Shown in pieces: positions 47,272-56,392 of a DNA stretch of 64,000 nt (position 1 is its first letter; every line of letters begins with the position of its first letter). Source of the stretch: an uncultured Saprospiraceae bacterium (GTDB lineage: Bacteria > Bacteroidota > Bacteroidia > Chitinophagales > Saprospiraceae); contig CALLMH010000037.1 in the NCBI GenBank assembly GCA_938007965.1, positions 4,999 through 68,998 on the forward strand. Direction: 5' to 3'. A program made the position numbers and the translations under genes. The notes below the pieces were generated by a model, which saw nothing but the letters and a program-made list of their open reading frames with translations, was not told the origin of the DNA and ran no database searches.

Positions 47272-48675
47272 TTATCGGTTACTTGCTACCCAATACTCCC
47301 ATGGGTCGAAACTTTTTATTGTACCTTGACCCATTTCTACTTTCCTTCCGGTCAATAGATCAGTCATTCCGACTACGGATTCTGTGAGTTTTATTTGTTG
47401 TCTTTCGGGGCTGAAGTTGATCATGACTGCAAACTTATCTCCGTCTTTTTCTTTCATGTATGCGTAGATATGCTCTGATTCTCCTATCCTAATTAGGGGA
47501 GATGAGTACTCATTGTTTCCCATAGCTTTATTTCTATGTTTTAGGTCGAGAAGGGTTTTATATAGTTTCGCTTTTTCAAAATTCTTAAATCCTATATTGT
47601 CCTTCTCGAAAAACTTTAATCTATGATCATGTGGCTCTTCCTGTCCGCTATAGATAAGTGGAATCCCATCCATTGTCAATGCCAATACTGCAAATGCATC
47701 TGCTGCAGGTCCCATTCTTTCTTCTACAGTTCCCGCCCATGAGTTTTCATCATGATTGGTGATGAAGTTCATCATAGAACCTTGTTTGATCTTTGATTTT
47801 TTCTCCATCAATAGATTGTGAAGGTCGTTTACGTTTTTTTCTCCTTTTGCTATATCATTCATCATATGATGCAATGCCCATCCGTATATAGTATGGAAGT
47901 AACCATTATTTACATGATCCACTTCTTCGGACTCTGCCAACATATACAGAGAATCATTTGCGGCGAATAATTGTGCTGAAGCATCTGCCCAGAAGTCATT
48001 GGGTACATTATGCGCTACATCCATTCTAAAGCCATCAATTTTATGATTATTTACCCAGTAGAGCATATCAGCAATCATTTGTTTCCTCATGTCAGAATTG
48101 TCATAGTTGAGATCGGCTACATCAGTCCATCCCCATGATGTACCAGTTTCAGGATCTATAGGGTCTACTATATTGCCATTTTGATCTTTCGTGTAGTACT
48201 CTGGATTAGATTTTATCCATACATGATCCCACCCTGTATGATTGGGAACCCAGTCAAGTATTACTTTCATGCCCAGTGCATGCGCCTTGTCGATAACGTT
48301 TTGCAGGGATTCTTTTGAGCCAAACTCTGGATTCGATTCTCTAAAGTCAGAAACAGCATAGTAGCTACCTAATGCTCCTTTTTTCTTATTGTCACTGATC
48401 GGGAATACAGGCATAAACCACAAAATGTCAACACCCATGTTTTTAAGTCTAGGAAGATGTTTTGCAAATGCGTCAAATGTTCCTTCTGGTGTATACTGTC
48501 TTATGTTTACTTCATAGATATTAGCTTGACGTGCCCATCCAGGTAGACTGCGTTTATTATCATGTGATTGAGAACCGGATTTGCTCACATTTATGCCTAC
48601 ATTATTTTTGGTCTCTGGCTTGCAGCTGATACCAATAAATAAAAATGCTAATAGGATGATCAAATATTTATTCAT
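47272..48675 (-). CDS. GH13 alpha-amylase family glycoside hydrolase, lipoprotein
   Basis: 467-aa ORF with lipobox ISC. The conserved GH13 regions are present: DWVPNH, DGFRMDVAHNV, LAESEE and FITNHDE. Confidence 0.85.
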   Translation of the reverse strand: MNKYLIILLAFLFIGISCKPETKNNVGINVSKSGSQSHDNKRSLPGWARQANIYEVNIRQYTPEGTFDAFAKHLPRLKNMGVDILWFMPVFPISDNKKKGALGSYYAVSDFRESNPEFGSKESLQNVIDKAHALGMKVILDWVPNHTGWDHVWIKSNPEYYTKDQNGNIVDPIDPETGTSWGWTDVADLNYDNSDMRKQMIADMLYWVNNHKIDGFRMDVAHNVPNDFWADASAQLFAANDSLYMLAESEEVDHVNNGYFHTIYGWALHHMMNDIAKGEKNVNDLHNLLMEKKSKIKQGSMMNFITNHDENSWAGTVEERMGPAADAFAVLALTMDGIPLIYSGQEEPHDHRLKFFEKDNIGFKNFEKAKLYKTLLDLKHRNKAMGNNEYSSPLIRIGESEHIYAYMKEKDGDKFAVMINFSPERQQIKLTESVVGMTDLLTGRKVEMGQGTIKSFDPWEYWVASNR

Positions 48676-48703
48676 GATTGACTAGTATTTATGATTATAA
48701 GAA

Positions 48704-50995
48704 TTAAGCTGTTTTAGGCAATATTATATTATTACCATTGTGTATTATTTCTAATTGAGGGCCAGCAAGATTTATTATTTCAGAACTATCCATTTTCATA
48801 TTTACTTGGAGTAAGTTCTCTCTAAATTTTATTTTGAAAGATAGAGAATTCCATTGACTAGGAAGGTTAGGAGCAAAAGAGATTTTGTCATCGATTATTC
48901 TTTGTCCCCCGAACCCTTTGATAATCGCGAGCCACGTGCCGGCCATACTTGTGATATGGCATCCATCTTCGGTATCATTATTATAATCGTCGAGATCTAG
49001 CCTAGCGGTACGCAGATACATTTCATAAGCTTTGTCTTCCATGTCCAATTTGCTGGCAAGGATTCCGTGTACACATGGACTCAAAGAAGATTCATGGACA
49101 GTTATCGGTTCGTAAAATTCGTAGTTTTTTCTATGCGCATCTTCATCAAAGTGATCTTCAAAAAAGTAAAACCCCTGCAATACATCAGCTTGTTTTATAA
49201 AACATGACCTTAGAATTCGATCCCAAGACCAATTCTGATTGATAGGTCGGTGTTTTTTATCGAGGTCAGCTACTGGTATGATTTCTTTGTCGAGAAAATT
49301 ATCTTGCTGCAAGCATATACCGAGTGTATCATCTTGAGGGAGATACATATTATCTACTATATGTTGCCATTTCTTGGTTTCTCCAGTGGCGAAGTCCATT
49401 TTCTTCATCAATTCATGATATCGATCGATATTTTCTTCTTTGACCAGAGATATTGCTTCCATCGTATATTGGAGACACCAGCTGGCTATGTAGTTAGTAT
49501 ACCAGTTGTTGTTTACATTATTTTCATATTCATTAGGTCCGGTGACGCCTAGCATTACATATTGTTCTCTACGTTGGGACCAGTTGACCCTTTGCGCCCA
49601 GAATCTAGATATAGCCACCAATACTTCTAGTCCATATTCACTGAGATAAGATTTATCACCAGTATATCTTATATAGTCATAGATGGCATAGGCTATTGCA
49701 CCATTTCTATGAATTTCTTCGAATGTAATTTCCCACTCGTTGTGACATTCTTCTCCAGTCATAGTGACCATAGGGTAGAGAGCCGCCCCACAAGTAAATC
49801 CTAGTTTCTCAGCATTTTCGATGGCCTTATCAAGATGCTTGTATCTATAGATGAGTAGATTTTTAGCCACAGTTTCATCCGCAGTACTCAGATAGAATGG
49901 GAGACAATATGCTTCTGTATCCCAATAAGTAGACCCGCCATATTTCTCTCCGGTAAATCCTTTTGGGCCGATATTCAGCCGATCATCTTGCCCAGTATAC
50001 GTTTGGTAAAGTTGGAATATGTTGAATCGGATAGCTTGCTGCGCTGATACATCACCTTCTATTTTGATATCGCACATCTCCCAGATGTCAGACCATGCTC
50101 TCACGTGATTGGCGAGTAATTCGTCGAATGTATAGTTGGCAGCATGATTGACAATCTGTAATGCTTTAGATTTGATATTATTTACTTCATAGTTCATTGA
50201 TGAAGTGATACCTGCATACTTACAGAGTGTAATCGTGTCGCCTTCGGATATATGATGCGAAAATTTTTCAGATGACTTTTTTGGGTGTGCTATCTGTTCA
50301 GTAGATTGATTATGCGGCTTTCCATTCCATAATATTCGATTTTCCATTCCGACGCCGACGGTATAATTTGTTTTTTTTGTACTCGCTTGTACATAGTGAT
50401 TTCCTGTCTCAGCCATTGATTGCTCTACATTCCAGAACTGCTCATCGTAGTTGCTATCTTGATTTACCACGTCGAAGTCGAGATATGAATCTATGGTTAT
50501 TGGACCATTATAGTTTTTGCTAGTGATACTATATTCTATCACGCCTAACTCGTCATTATGCATAGATACGAACCTTCTACTATCTATCGATAGTCTTGCG
50601 TCATTTTGGAGAGTGACATCCATCCGACGGCTTAGAAGACCTTGTTTCATATCTAATTCTCTGTAAAACTCATGTATCACTTTGACCTTGGCGATGTCTA
50701 GAGGTTCTCCATCTACAGTTATGTCAATACCTATCCAATTGCATGAGTTGAGTACTTTGGCGAAGTATTCTGGATATCCATTTTTCCACCATCCCACTCT
50801 TGTTTTGTCAGGGTAGTAGACACCCGCTACGTAGCTGCCTCGCAGACTTGGGCCGGAGTATTGTTCTTCATAATTGGCTCTCTGACCCATCTTGCCGTTG
50901 CCGATAGAGAGTAAGCTTTCTGTGATTTGATTGTGTTCGGCGACGTATTTATCTTCTATGATTTTCCATTCGTCTTTTATGATATAGTCTTTCAT
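48704..50995 (-). CDS. GH65 glycoside hydrolase (maltose phosphorylase-like)
   Basis: 763-aa ORF. The length and motifs (GPKGFTGEKYGGSTYWDTE, HITSMAGTW) are typical of GH65 phosphorylases. It lies adjacent to beta-phosphoglucomutase. Confidence 0.9.
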   Translation of the reverse strand: MKDYIIKDEWKIIEDKYVAEHNQITESLLSIGNGKMGQRANYEEQYSGPSLRGSYVAGVYYPDKTRVGWWKNGYPEYFAKVLNSCNWIGIDITVDGEPLDIAKVKVIHEFYRELDMKQGLLSRRMDVTLQNDARLSIDSRRFVSMHNDELGVIEYSITSKNYNGPITIDSYLDFDVVNQDSNYDEQFWNVEQSMAETGNHYVQASTKKTNYTVGVGMENRILWNGKPHNQSTEQIAHPKKSSEKFSHHISEGDTITLCKYAGITSSMNYEVNNIKSKALQIVNHAANYTFDELLANHVRAWSDIWEMCDIKIEGDVSAQQAIRFNIFQLYQTYTGQDDRLNIGPKGFTGEKYGGSTYWDTEAYCLPFYLSTADETVAKNLLIYRYKHLDKAIENAEKLGFTCGAALYPMVTMTGEECHNEWEITFEEIHRNGAIAYAIYDYIRYTGDKSYLSEYGLEVLVAISRFWAQRVNWSQRREQYVMLGVTGPNEYENNVNNNWYTNYIASWCLQYTMEAISLVKEENIDRYHELMKKMDFATGETKKWQHIVDNMYLPQDDTLGICLQQDNFLDKEIIPVADLDKKHRPINQNWSWDRILRSCFIKQADVLQGFYFFEDHFDEDAHRKNYEFYEPITVHESSLSPCVHGILASKLDMEDKAYEMYLRTARLDLDDYNNDTEDGCHITSMAGTWLAIIKGFGGQRIIDDKISFAPNLPSQWNSLSFKIKFRENLLQVNMKMDSSEIINLAGPQLEIIHNGNNIILPKTA

Positions 50996-51038
50996 TTTTA
51001 TGAGCGTCTTATTGTATTAATGTGCTAGGTGTATCGGT

Positions 51039-51704
51039 CTATTTATGCTGCGCTACTTTCTCTTCAATTACAGCAATCGTACACCCCTCAAGATTGGGGA
51101 GGATAAAAGATGCTTCCCTCAATGTATGCTCATCACCGACACCTATTGATGTAAATCCACCAGTATTAGCCGCTTTTATGCCATTGATACTGTCTTCGAA
51201 TACTACACAATCTTCTGGATCGAGCCCAAGTGCTTCTGCACCCATTAAGAATACTTGCGGGTGAGGTTTAGATTCGGATGTCTTTGTACCATCTATTATA
51301 GCATCGAATAAGTCATAAAGACCAGTAGATTTTAGAATCCGTTCTGAGTTTTTACTCGCGCTTCCTAAAGACAGTTTTAGCCCTGCTGCCTTTATTTCTC
51401 TTATCAATTCAGCTGCACCAGGAAGAAGTTCTGATTCGTCCATATTACTGATCGACTCTACGTACCATGAGTTTTTTAGTTCGGCCAGTTTTGTTTGTTC
51501 TATATCAGAAAATGATTGTCCACCGATTTTAAGTATATATTCTAGAGATTCTTTTCTTGAGACTCCTTTTAGATTCTCGTTCTGTTCTATAGTGATATCA
51601 AATCCGAGCTTATTCGCTAATCTTCTCCAAGATTTATAATGATATTTGGCAGTGTCTACAATGACACCGTCAAGATCAAAAATGTACCCTTTTACCTTTT
51701 TCAT
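51039..51704 (-). CDS. pgmB: Beta-phosphoglucomutase
   Basis: 221-aa HAD protein with motif I FDLDGVIVDT, KPHPQVF and the FEDSINGIKAA motif. It sits in the conserved partnership with a GH65 phosphorylase. Confidence 0.85.
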   Translation of the reverse strand: MKKVKGYIFDLDGVIVDTAKYHYKSWRRLANKLGFDITIEQNENLKGVSRKESLEYILKIGGQSFSDIEQTKLAELKNSWYVESISNMDESELLPGAAELIREIKAAGLKLSLGSASKNSERILKSTGLYDLFDAIIDGTKTSESKPHPQVFLMGAEALGLDPEDCVVFEDSINGIKAANTGGFTSIGVGDEHTLREASFILPNLEGCTIAVIEEKVAQHK

Positions 51705-51788
51705 ACTGTCAATTTTGGCTTTTGTAACGCCTGTAAATGCAATAATAATGAATACTTAGTGTAAAGAGGACACGTTAGACTATTCAAA

Positions 51789-53399
51789 TTATGAAAATGT
51801 GGTAATGCTGGCTCTATGCGGATAATTAGAATTGATAAATTTCTTGATTGTTGTTTCTAATTTATAGGCTCTTACTCTAGAGAGGTGGGACAGGATCTCT
51901 TGAATAAAATTACTCGCTATCGCACCTACATGATTATCTAGATATAGAGTGATTGCTTTTTTGTAAATGCGCTCTATGTGGATATAATGATCCACATAGA
52001 AGTACTGATCATATTTCATGATGTGTCTGAGGTCCAACTCATCTTCTAATAACTGAAGTAGCGAATCATCCATCTTTTCATGTTGGTAATAAGAGGCTAG
52101 AAATTTACGCTCTGGATTATGAGTTTTTATGGCCTTATCTATTTCCTTTTTGATCTTAGGCCACTTCGCATCCGGAGTTTTCTCTTTGAGTATAGTGTAG
52201 TATCTAAAGTCCTCATGCATTACGAAGGTATCTACTGCCAGTTTTTGAAATTTTGCGACCATCCCATATCGATCGTATGCATTGAGGAGACAGGATTCCA
52301 TTTTCCTATTTCTGTGCTCATTTTTCACAAAGTATTCTAGGTAATTTATAGCTTCTCTTACACTTTCTGTTTTGAGTAGGTATTCTACAGACTTTAGTTT
52401 TACATCATTATTGACTTGTAGTTGATCGTAAGTATTATTGATGATAAATATTGCTCCAAGTACAGTTTGACTATTTTCTGGGACATCAGAGATAGATAGC
52501 GTGGAGTAATATTCTATCAATTTTTTCTTTGAATTGGTCCGTTTATTATTTTCTAAAATTTGAAAAAGACTCAGTGCATTAGGTAAGTGATTAAAGTAGG
52601 ATTTTTGAGATAATTCTAGGATGAAATCATCGATTTTAGTTTTGAAACTTGGAGCTAGTTTTTCGTCGTACAGGAGCTTGATATTATAATGGAATTTTTC
52701 GATCCATTTTGAAGCGATTTCTTGATTTTTGGGATATTTGGCACACAGATAGTGGAGTTTTGGCAGTGTAGCTCGTATGATGACAAATGCATCTTCGAAT
52801 GCGGAGATTGAAATACTATCCTCCATTTGAGAGTGAAATTCATCTACTACTTTCATCGCTAGTCTCAGGTCTGAAGTATTCGATTTTAATCTTTCAGTAG
52901 CGACGGGTTTGATTAAGCTGTCTAGTAATGATCGGTATTTTATAAAGTTATCATCTAAGTTGATCGACTTAGCAAATGATGCTTTGAGCATTATCCCAAA
53001 TGTGCGATCTCTTTGGGCATAAGTACCCACGTATTTCTTGAGTTGATCATTATCTATAGATTTAAGAATAGTTCGGATATTGAATTTTTGTTTCTGTCTT
53101 TCCTTTTCTTTTTTTAACTTTTTTTCGAATTTTATCGCTTCTAGTTTCCGGAGGTGTAATAACGCAGCGGCAATATGAGCGCATGACTTATGCTTACTAA
53201 ATATCTTGCATTCGCAGGTGCTTTTCTGTTTTTTTTGATTTGGATTTTGGATTTCCACTTCGATGATGCCATCGTCTTTGACCATGACACTCCATAGTTT
53301 TCGTTCTATCTGGACTACTTCGAGTACTGCTCCATTGTCCAAGAGCTCTTCGCCTTGTAAGAGATGGTCTTCAGAAATAGTATTTTCAATAAAAGACAT
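51789..53399 (-). CDS. SWIM zinc-finger domain protein
   Basis: 536-aa ORF with a CxCx(n)CxH SWIM signature, CECKIFSKHKSCAH (nt 53175-53216). The rest is helical with no recognisable catalytic motif. Confidence 0.6.
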   Translation of the reverse strand: MSFIENTISEDHLLQGEELLDNGAVLEVVQIERKLWSVMVKDDGIIEVEIQNPNQKKQKSTCECKIFSKHKSCAHIAAALLHLRKLEAIKFEKKLKKEKERQKQKFNIRTILKSIDNDQLKKYVGTYAQRDRTFGIMLKASFAKSINLDDNFIKYRSLLDSLIKPVATERLKSNTSDLRLAMKVVDEFHSQMEDSISISAFEDAFVIIRATLPKLHYLCAKYPKNQEIASKWIEKFHYNIKLLYDEKLAPSFKTKIDDFILELSQKSYFNHLPNALSLFQILENNKRTNSKKKLIEYYSTLSISDVPENSQTVLGAIFIINNTYDQLQVNNDVKLKSVEYLLKTESVREAINYLEYFVKNEHRNRKMESCLLNAYDRYGMVAKFQKLAVDTFVMHEDFRYYTILKEKTPDAKWPKIKKEIDKAIKTHNPERKFLASYYQHEKMDDSLLQLLEDELDLRHIMKYDQYFYVDHYIHIERIYKKAITLYLDNHVGAIASNFIQEILSHLSRVRAYKLETTIKKFINSNYPHRASITTFS

Positions 53400-53591
53400 A
53401 TGCTTCTCGGGATCTAGAAATTATTATTCAGTTTGTAAGATAACACCAAAAAACTAATTTATCTGAGTAATGCATGATGCTAGATAAAATTATTCATTTA
53501 TCGAGTAATTATTTAGCAATTGTGTTGTTGGGGTAATCCTACTTAATATTCAATATTTAACGCTAAATTGTCATTGCAAAACTATAATACT

Positions 53592-54488
53592 ATGTTGTCA
53601 ATTCTCATTCCAGTCTACAATCAAAATGTGGTAGAATTAGTCAAGTCTTTACAAAAGCAATGTGAAGCACTTGAAATACAGTTTCAGATCCTCGTCTTTG
53701 ATGATAAGAGCAATGATGATACAAGAGAAGCAAACAAATCTCTAGGGCACGAATTTGGGGTTAATTATGTAGAGTTATCTGAAAATATTGGTAGAGCTAA
53801 AATAAGAAATCGACTTGGACGGATGGCACAATTTAAGAATCTCTTGTTTTTAGATGGAGACTCGATAATTATTCGCGACGACTTCATTGCTAAGTATCTG
53901 GAGAGAGAAGATCAGACGTTCTTAGCGTATGGAGGACGTGTATATCAAAACGAGAAACCTAAGGATCAGAAGTTGATCCTGCATTGGAAATATGGAGCTA
54001 CTCGAGAAGCACTCGATGTAAATAAGCGAAGAGAAGACCCTTATCTCAATTTTCAGAGCAATAACTTCATGGTAAAAGCTCATGTTTTCAAGAATCTACA
54101 GTTTGATGAAGAAGTCAAGGGGTATGGGTACGAAGACTTACTGTACGCAGAGCGACTTAGAGCATTAAATGTGGCAGTCAGTCACATCGATAATCCTGTA
54201 TTGCATGATGGTCTAGAACCAGCGGGGCAATTCATAAGTAAGACTAGGAATGCGGTAATGAATCTCGTAGAGTTGAATAGTCAAGGATATTTGAATAACG
54301 TGAGATTGACGAATACTTATAATAAACTCAAGAAATACGGAGTTTTGAATCTTGTCATTAGATATTGCTTAGCAAAAGAGCGTAATTTTGTTAAGGATTT
54401 ACAAGAATCCTCGAATCCAAGTATTCGAAATTTTAGTCTAATTAAGTTATTGGTTTATCATAGGTTTTTAACGGATCAAAAATTATGA
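53592..54488 (+). CDS. Glycosyltransferase family 2
   Basis: The start is at ATG 53592. The N-terminal LSILIPVYNQ and FLDGDS (DxD-type) motifs are typical of GT2. Confidence 0.75.
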   Translation: MLSILIPVYNQNVVELVKSLQKQCEALEIQFQILVFDDKSNDDTREANKSLGHEFGVNYVELSENIGRAKIRNRLGRMAQFKNLLFLDGDSIIIRDDFIAKYLEREDQTFLAYGGRVYQNEKPKDQKLILHWKYGATREALDVNKRREDPYLNFQSNNFMVKAHVFKNLQFDEEVKGYGYEDLLYAERLRALNVAVSHIDNPVLHDGLEPAGQFISKTRNAVMNLVELNSQGYLNNVRLTNTYNKLKKYGVLNLVIRYCLAKERNFVKDLQESSNPSIRNFSLIKLLVYHRFLTDQKL

Positions 54489-54494
54489 GTATTG

Positions 54495-54526
54495 GCTTTA
54501 ATGAAATAGTATTATTTCATTAAAGC
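54495..54526. other. Perfect 14-bp AT-rich hairpin immediately after the GT2 stop
   Basis: GCTTTAATGAAATA (54495-54508), loop gtat, then TATTTCATTAAAGC (54513-54526). No flanking T-run is present. Confidence 0.5.
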
Positions 54527-54581
54527 AATGTAGCAAATATATATGTCTGAATAGTTTGCAGCTATACGACTTCTTCCAATG

Positions 54582-54627
54582 AAAATACCCCATTGAAATC
54601 AAATCTCAATGGGGTACATTATTTTTG
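54582..54627. terminator. Bidirectional intrinsic terminator between the GT2 (+) and BON-LysM (-) genes
   Basis: TACCCCATTGA (54586-54596) pairs with TCAATGGGGTA (54606-54616), an 11-bp perfect stem. ATTATTTTTG follows on the + strand, and an A-run precedes it, which reads as a T-run on the - strand. Confidence 0.65.
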
Positions 54628-54648
54628 TGATCTGCTTGAAAGCTAGTC

Positions 54649-55110
54649 TTACAGATTCGGTATTCTCAACATCTGTCCAGGATAGATCTTATCTGGGTGC
54701 GAAAGCATAGGTTGGTTAGCCTCGAAGATTGCATTGTACTTCATTGGGTCGCCATATACTTCTTTAGCGATTTTAGAAAGAGAGTCACCTGGCTTTACTT
54801 CATGAAATCTTGATTGTACTGGTGCTACTACTGAGATTCTATCATCTACAGTTGCGATACCTTCTACATTACCAGCTACTAAAACGATTTTTTCTTTATC
54901 GTCTACTGATTCTGTCTGTCCGTATACTGTTACTTTGTCGTCGTCGAGTTCTATGTCTAAGTTTTCAATTCCTACTCCAGAGCTAGCGATAATGGATTTC
55001 AGCATGTTTGCTCTTTCGGCAGTATTTGCTGCAACTTCAGCTTCGTTAGTTTCTGCCGTTTTACCCATTAGTTTTGCTCCAGCATTCTTTAAAAATGAAA
55101 ATAATCCCAT
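54649..55110 (-). CDS. BON + LysM domain protein (YgaU/Kbp-like)
   Basis: 153-aa ORF with a central BON-like segment. The C-terminal LysM segment is HEVKPGDSLSKIAKEVYGDPMKYNAIFEANQPMLSHPDKIYPGQMLRIP. Confidence 0.75.
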   Translation of the reverse strand: MGLFSFLKNAGAKLMGKTAETNEAEVAANTAERANMLKSIIASSGVGIENLDIELDDDKVTVYGQTESVDDKEKIVLVAGNVEGIATVDDRISVVAPVQSRFHEVKPGDSLSKIAKEVYGDPMKYNAIFEANQPMLSHPDKIYPGQMLRIPNL

Positions 55111-55330
55111 AATTTTTTGTGTATTTAGTTAATTATTAAAAATTGCATTCATGAAATGGATTAATTTATTGCCCTCCATTCCAATCAACAATATATATAA
55201 TTGCATTTCGTAAAAAAAGAGTTCCACCAATAAAAATAAAATTAATTGATGAAGTGAAAATTTATTGACAATTGAGAATTTGATTCTGCATTCTTTGGAG
55301 TTATATGAGGTTCGTATTTATTTATTTCGA

Positions 55331-56287
55331 TTAGTTTACCTTATTCAGTATTTCTTCATCAGCTATAAATGCTCTGATATTTTCTGCAATGCCATCAATA
55401 AGTCGTTTTCTGGATTCGATACTTGCCCATGCTATGTGTGGCGTGATGATACAGCTTTTTGCGTGTAGTAGTGGATTGTCACCTTTAGGTGGTTCGGACG
55501 AAAGGACATCAAGGCATGCATAATTGATTACATCATTATCCAAAGCTTCAGCGAGATCCTTTTCATTAATTAGTCCACCTCTCCCTGTATTTACGAGGAT
55601 ACACGAAGGTTTCATATTAGCTAATGCATATTTATCTATGATGCCAATATTACTTTCGTTCATCGATGCATGGAGCGTAATGAAATCTGAATCTCTGCAC
55701 ATAGTTTCGAAATCAACCAAAGTAACCCAATCTCTTTCATCTCTTTCTGGGTTTCTAGAGGTGGCGATTACCTTCATACCAAATGCTGTAGCGACTTGAC
55801 CTACTTTTTTTCCGATGGTCCCAAACCCGTATATGCCTAGTGTCTTACCAGCCAATTCTCTAATAGAATGGTCATAAAAACTAAAAGAACCTGTTTTTTG
55901 CCACCTTCCATCCATTACTTCTTCGTCATAAAATGGTATGTTGATTAATACGTTCAATAAATGTGCAAAAACACTTTGTACGACTCCACTTGTACTATAG
56001 CCACTGACATTTGATACAGGGATTCCTTGGGCGGCTGCATAATTTACATCTACGACATTATAGCCTGTTGCAGCGACACAGATGTATTTCAGATTAGGTA
56101 ATTTTTCGATTACCTCTTTACTCAGTTCTACTTTATTGGTGATGAGAATATCGGCATCTATTGCTCTTTTTATTACTTTGTCAGGCGATGTATTTTTATA
56201 GGCTGTAAAATCAGAAAAGGCTTCCAGCGCTGTCAGCTCAAGGCCATCCATAGTGGTGGTAAATGAATCAAGGTGAATTATTTTCAT
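55331..56287 (-). CDS. D-isomer-specific 2-hydroxyacid dehydrogenase (glycerate dehydrogenase-like)
   Basis: 318-aa ORF with the NAD motif GIYGFGTIGKKVG. The catalytic region LVNTGRGGLI...PHIAWAS is typical of the family. Confidence 0.85.
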   Translation of the reverse strand: MKIIHLDSFTTTMDGLELTALEAFSDFTAYKNTSPDKVIKRAIDADILITNKVELSKEVIEKLPNLKYICVAATGYNVVDVNYAAAQGIPVSNVSGYSTSGVVQSVFAHLLNVLINIPFYDEEVMDGRWQKTGSFSFYDHSIRELAGKTLGIYGFGTIGKKVGQVATAFGMKVIATSRNPERDERDWVTLVDFETMCRDSDFITLHASMNESNIGIIDKYALANMKPSCILVNTGRGGLINEKDLAEALDNDVINYACLDVLSSEPPKGDNPLLHAKSCIITPHIAWASIESRKRLIDGIAENIRAFIADEEILNKVN

Positions 56288-56392
56288 AGGTTTTTTAAAG
56301 TTTATTAATCATAATCGTTAAGTCTACAAAGTATAGGCATTAAAGTGATAATCAAAGGTTCTTGTTCATCATGCATATCCTTTCATAGATAT

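Noticed and set aside
44630-51704. The maltose gene cluster considered as a polysaccharide utilisation locus (PUL).
   Set aside because: No SusC-like TonB-dependent transporter or SusD-like gene is present in the window. It is better described as a simple cytoplasmic maltose phosphorolysis operon.
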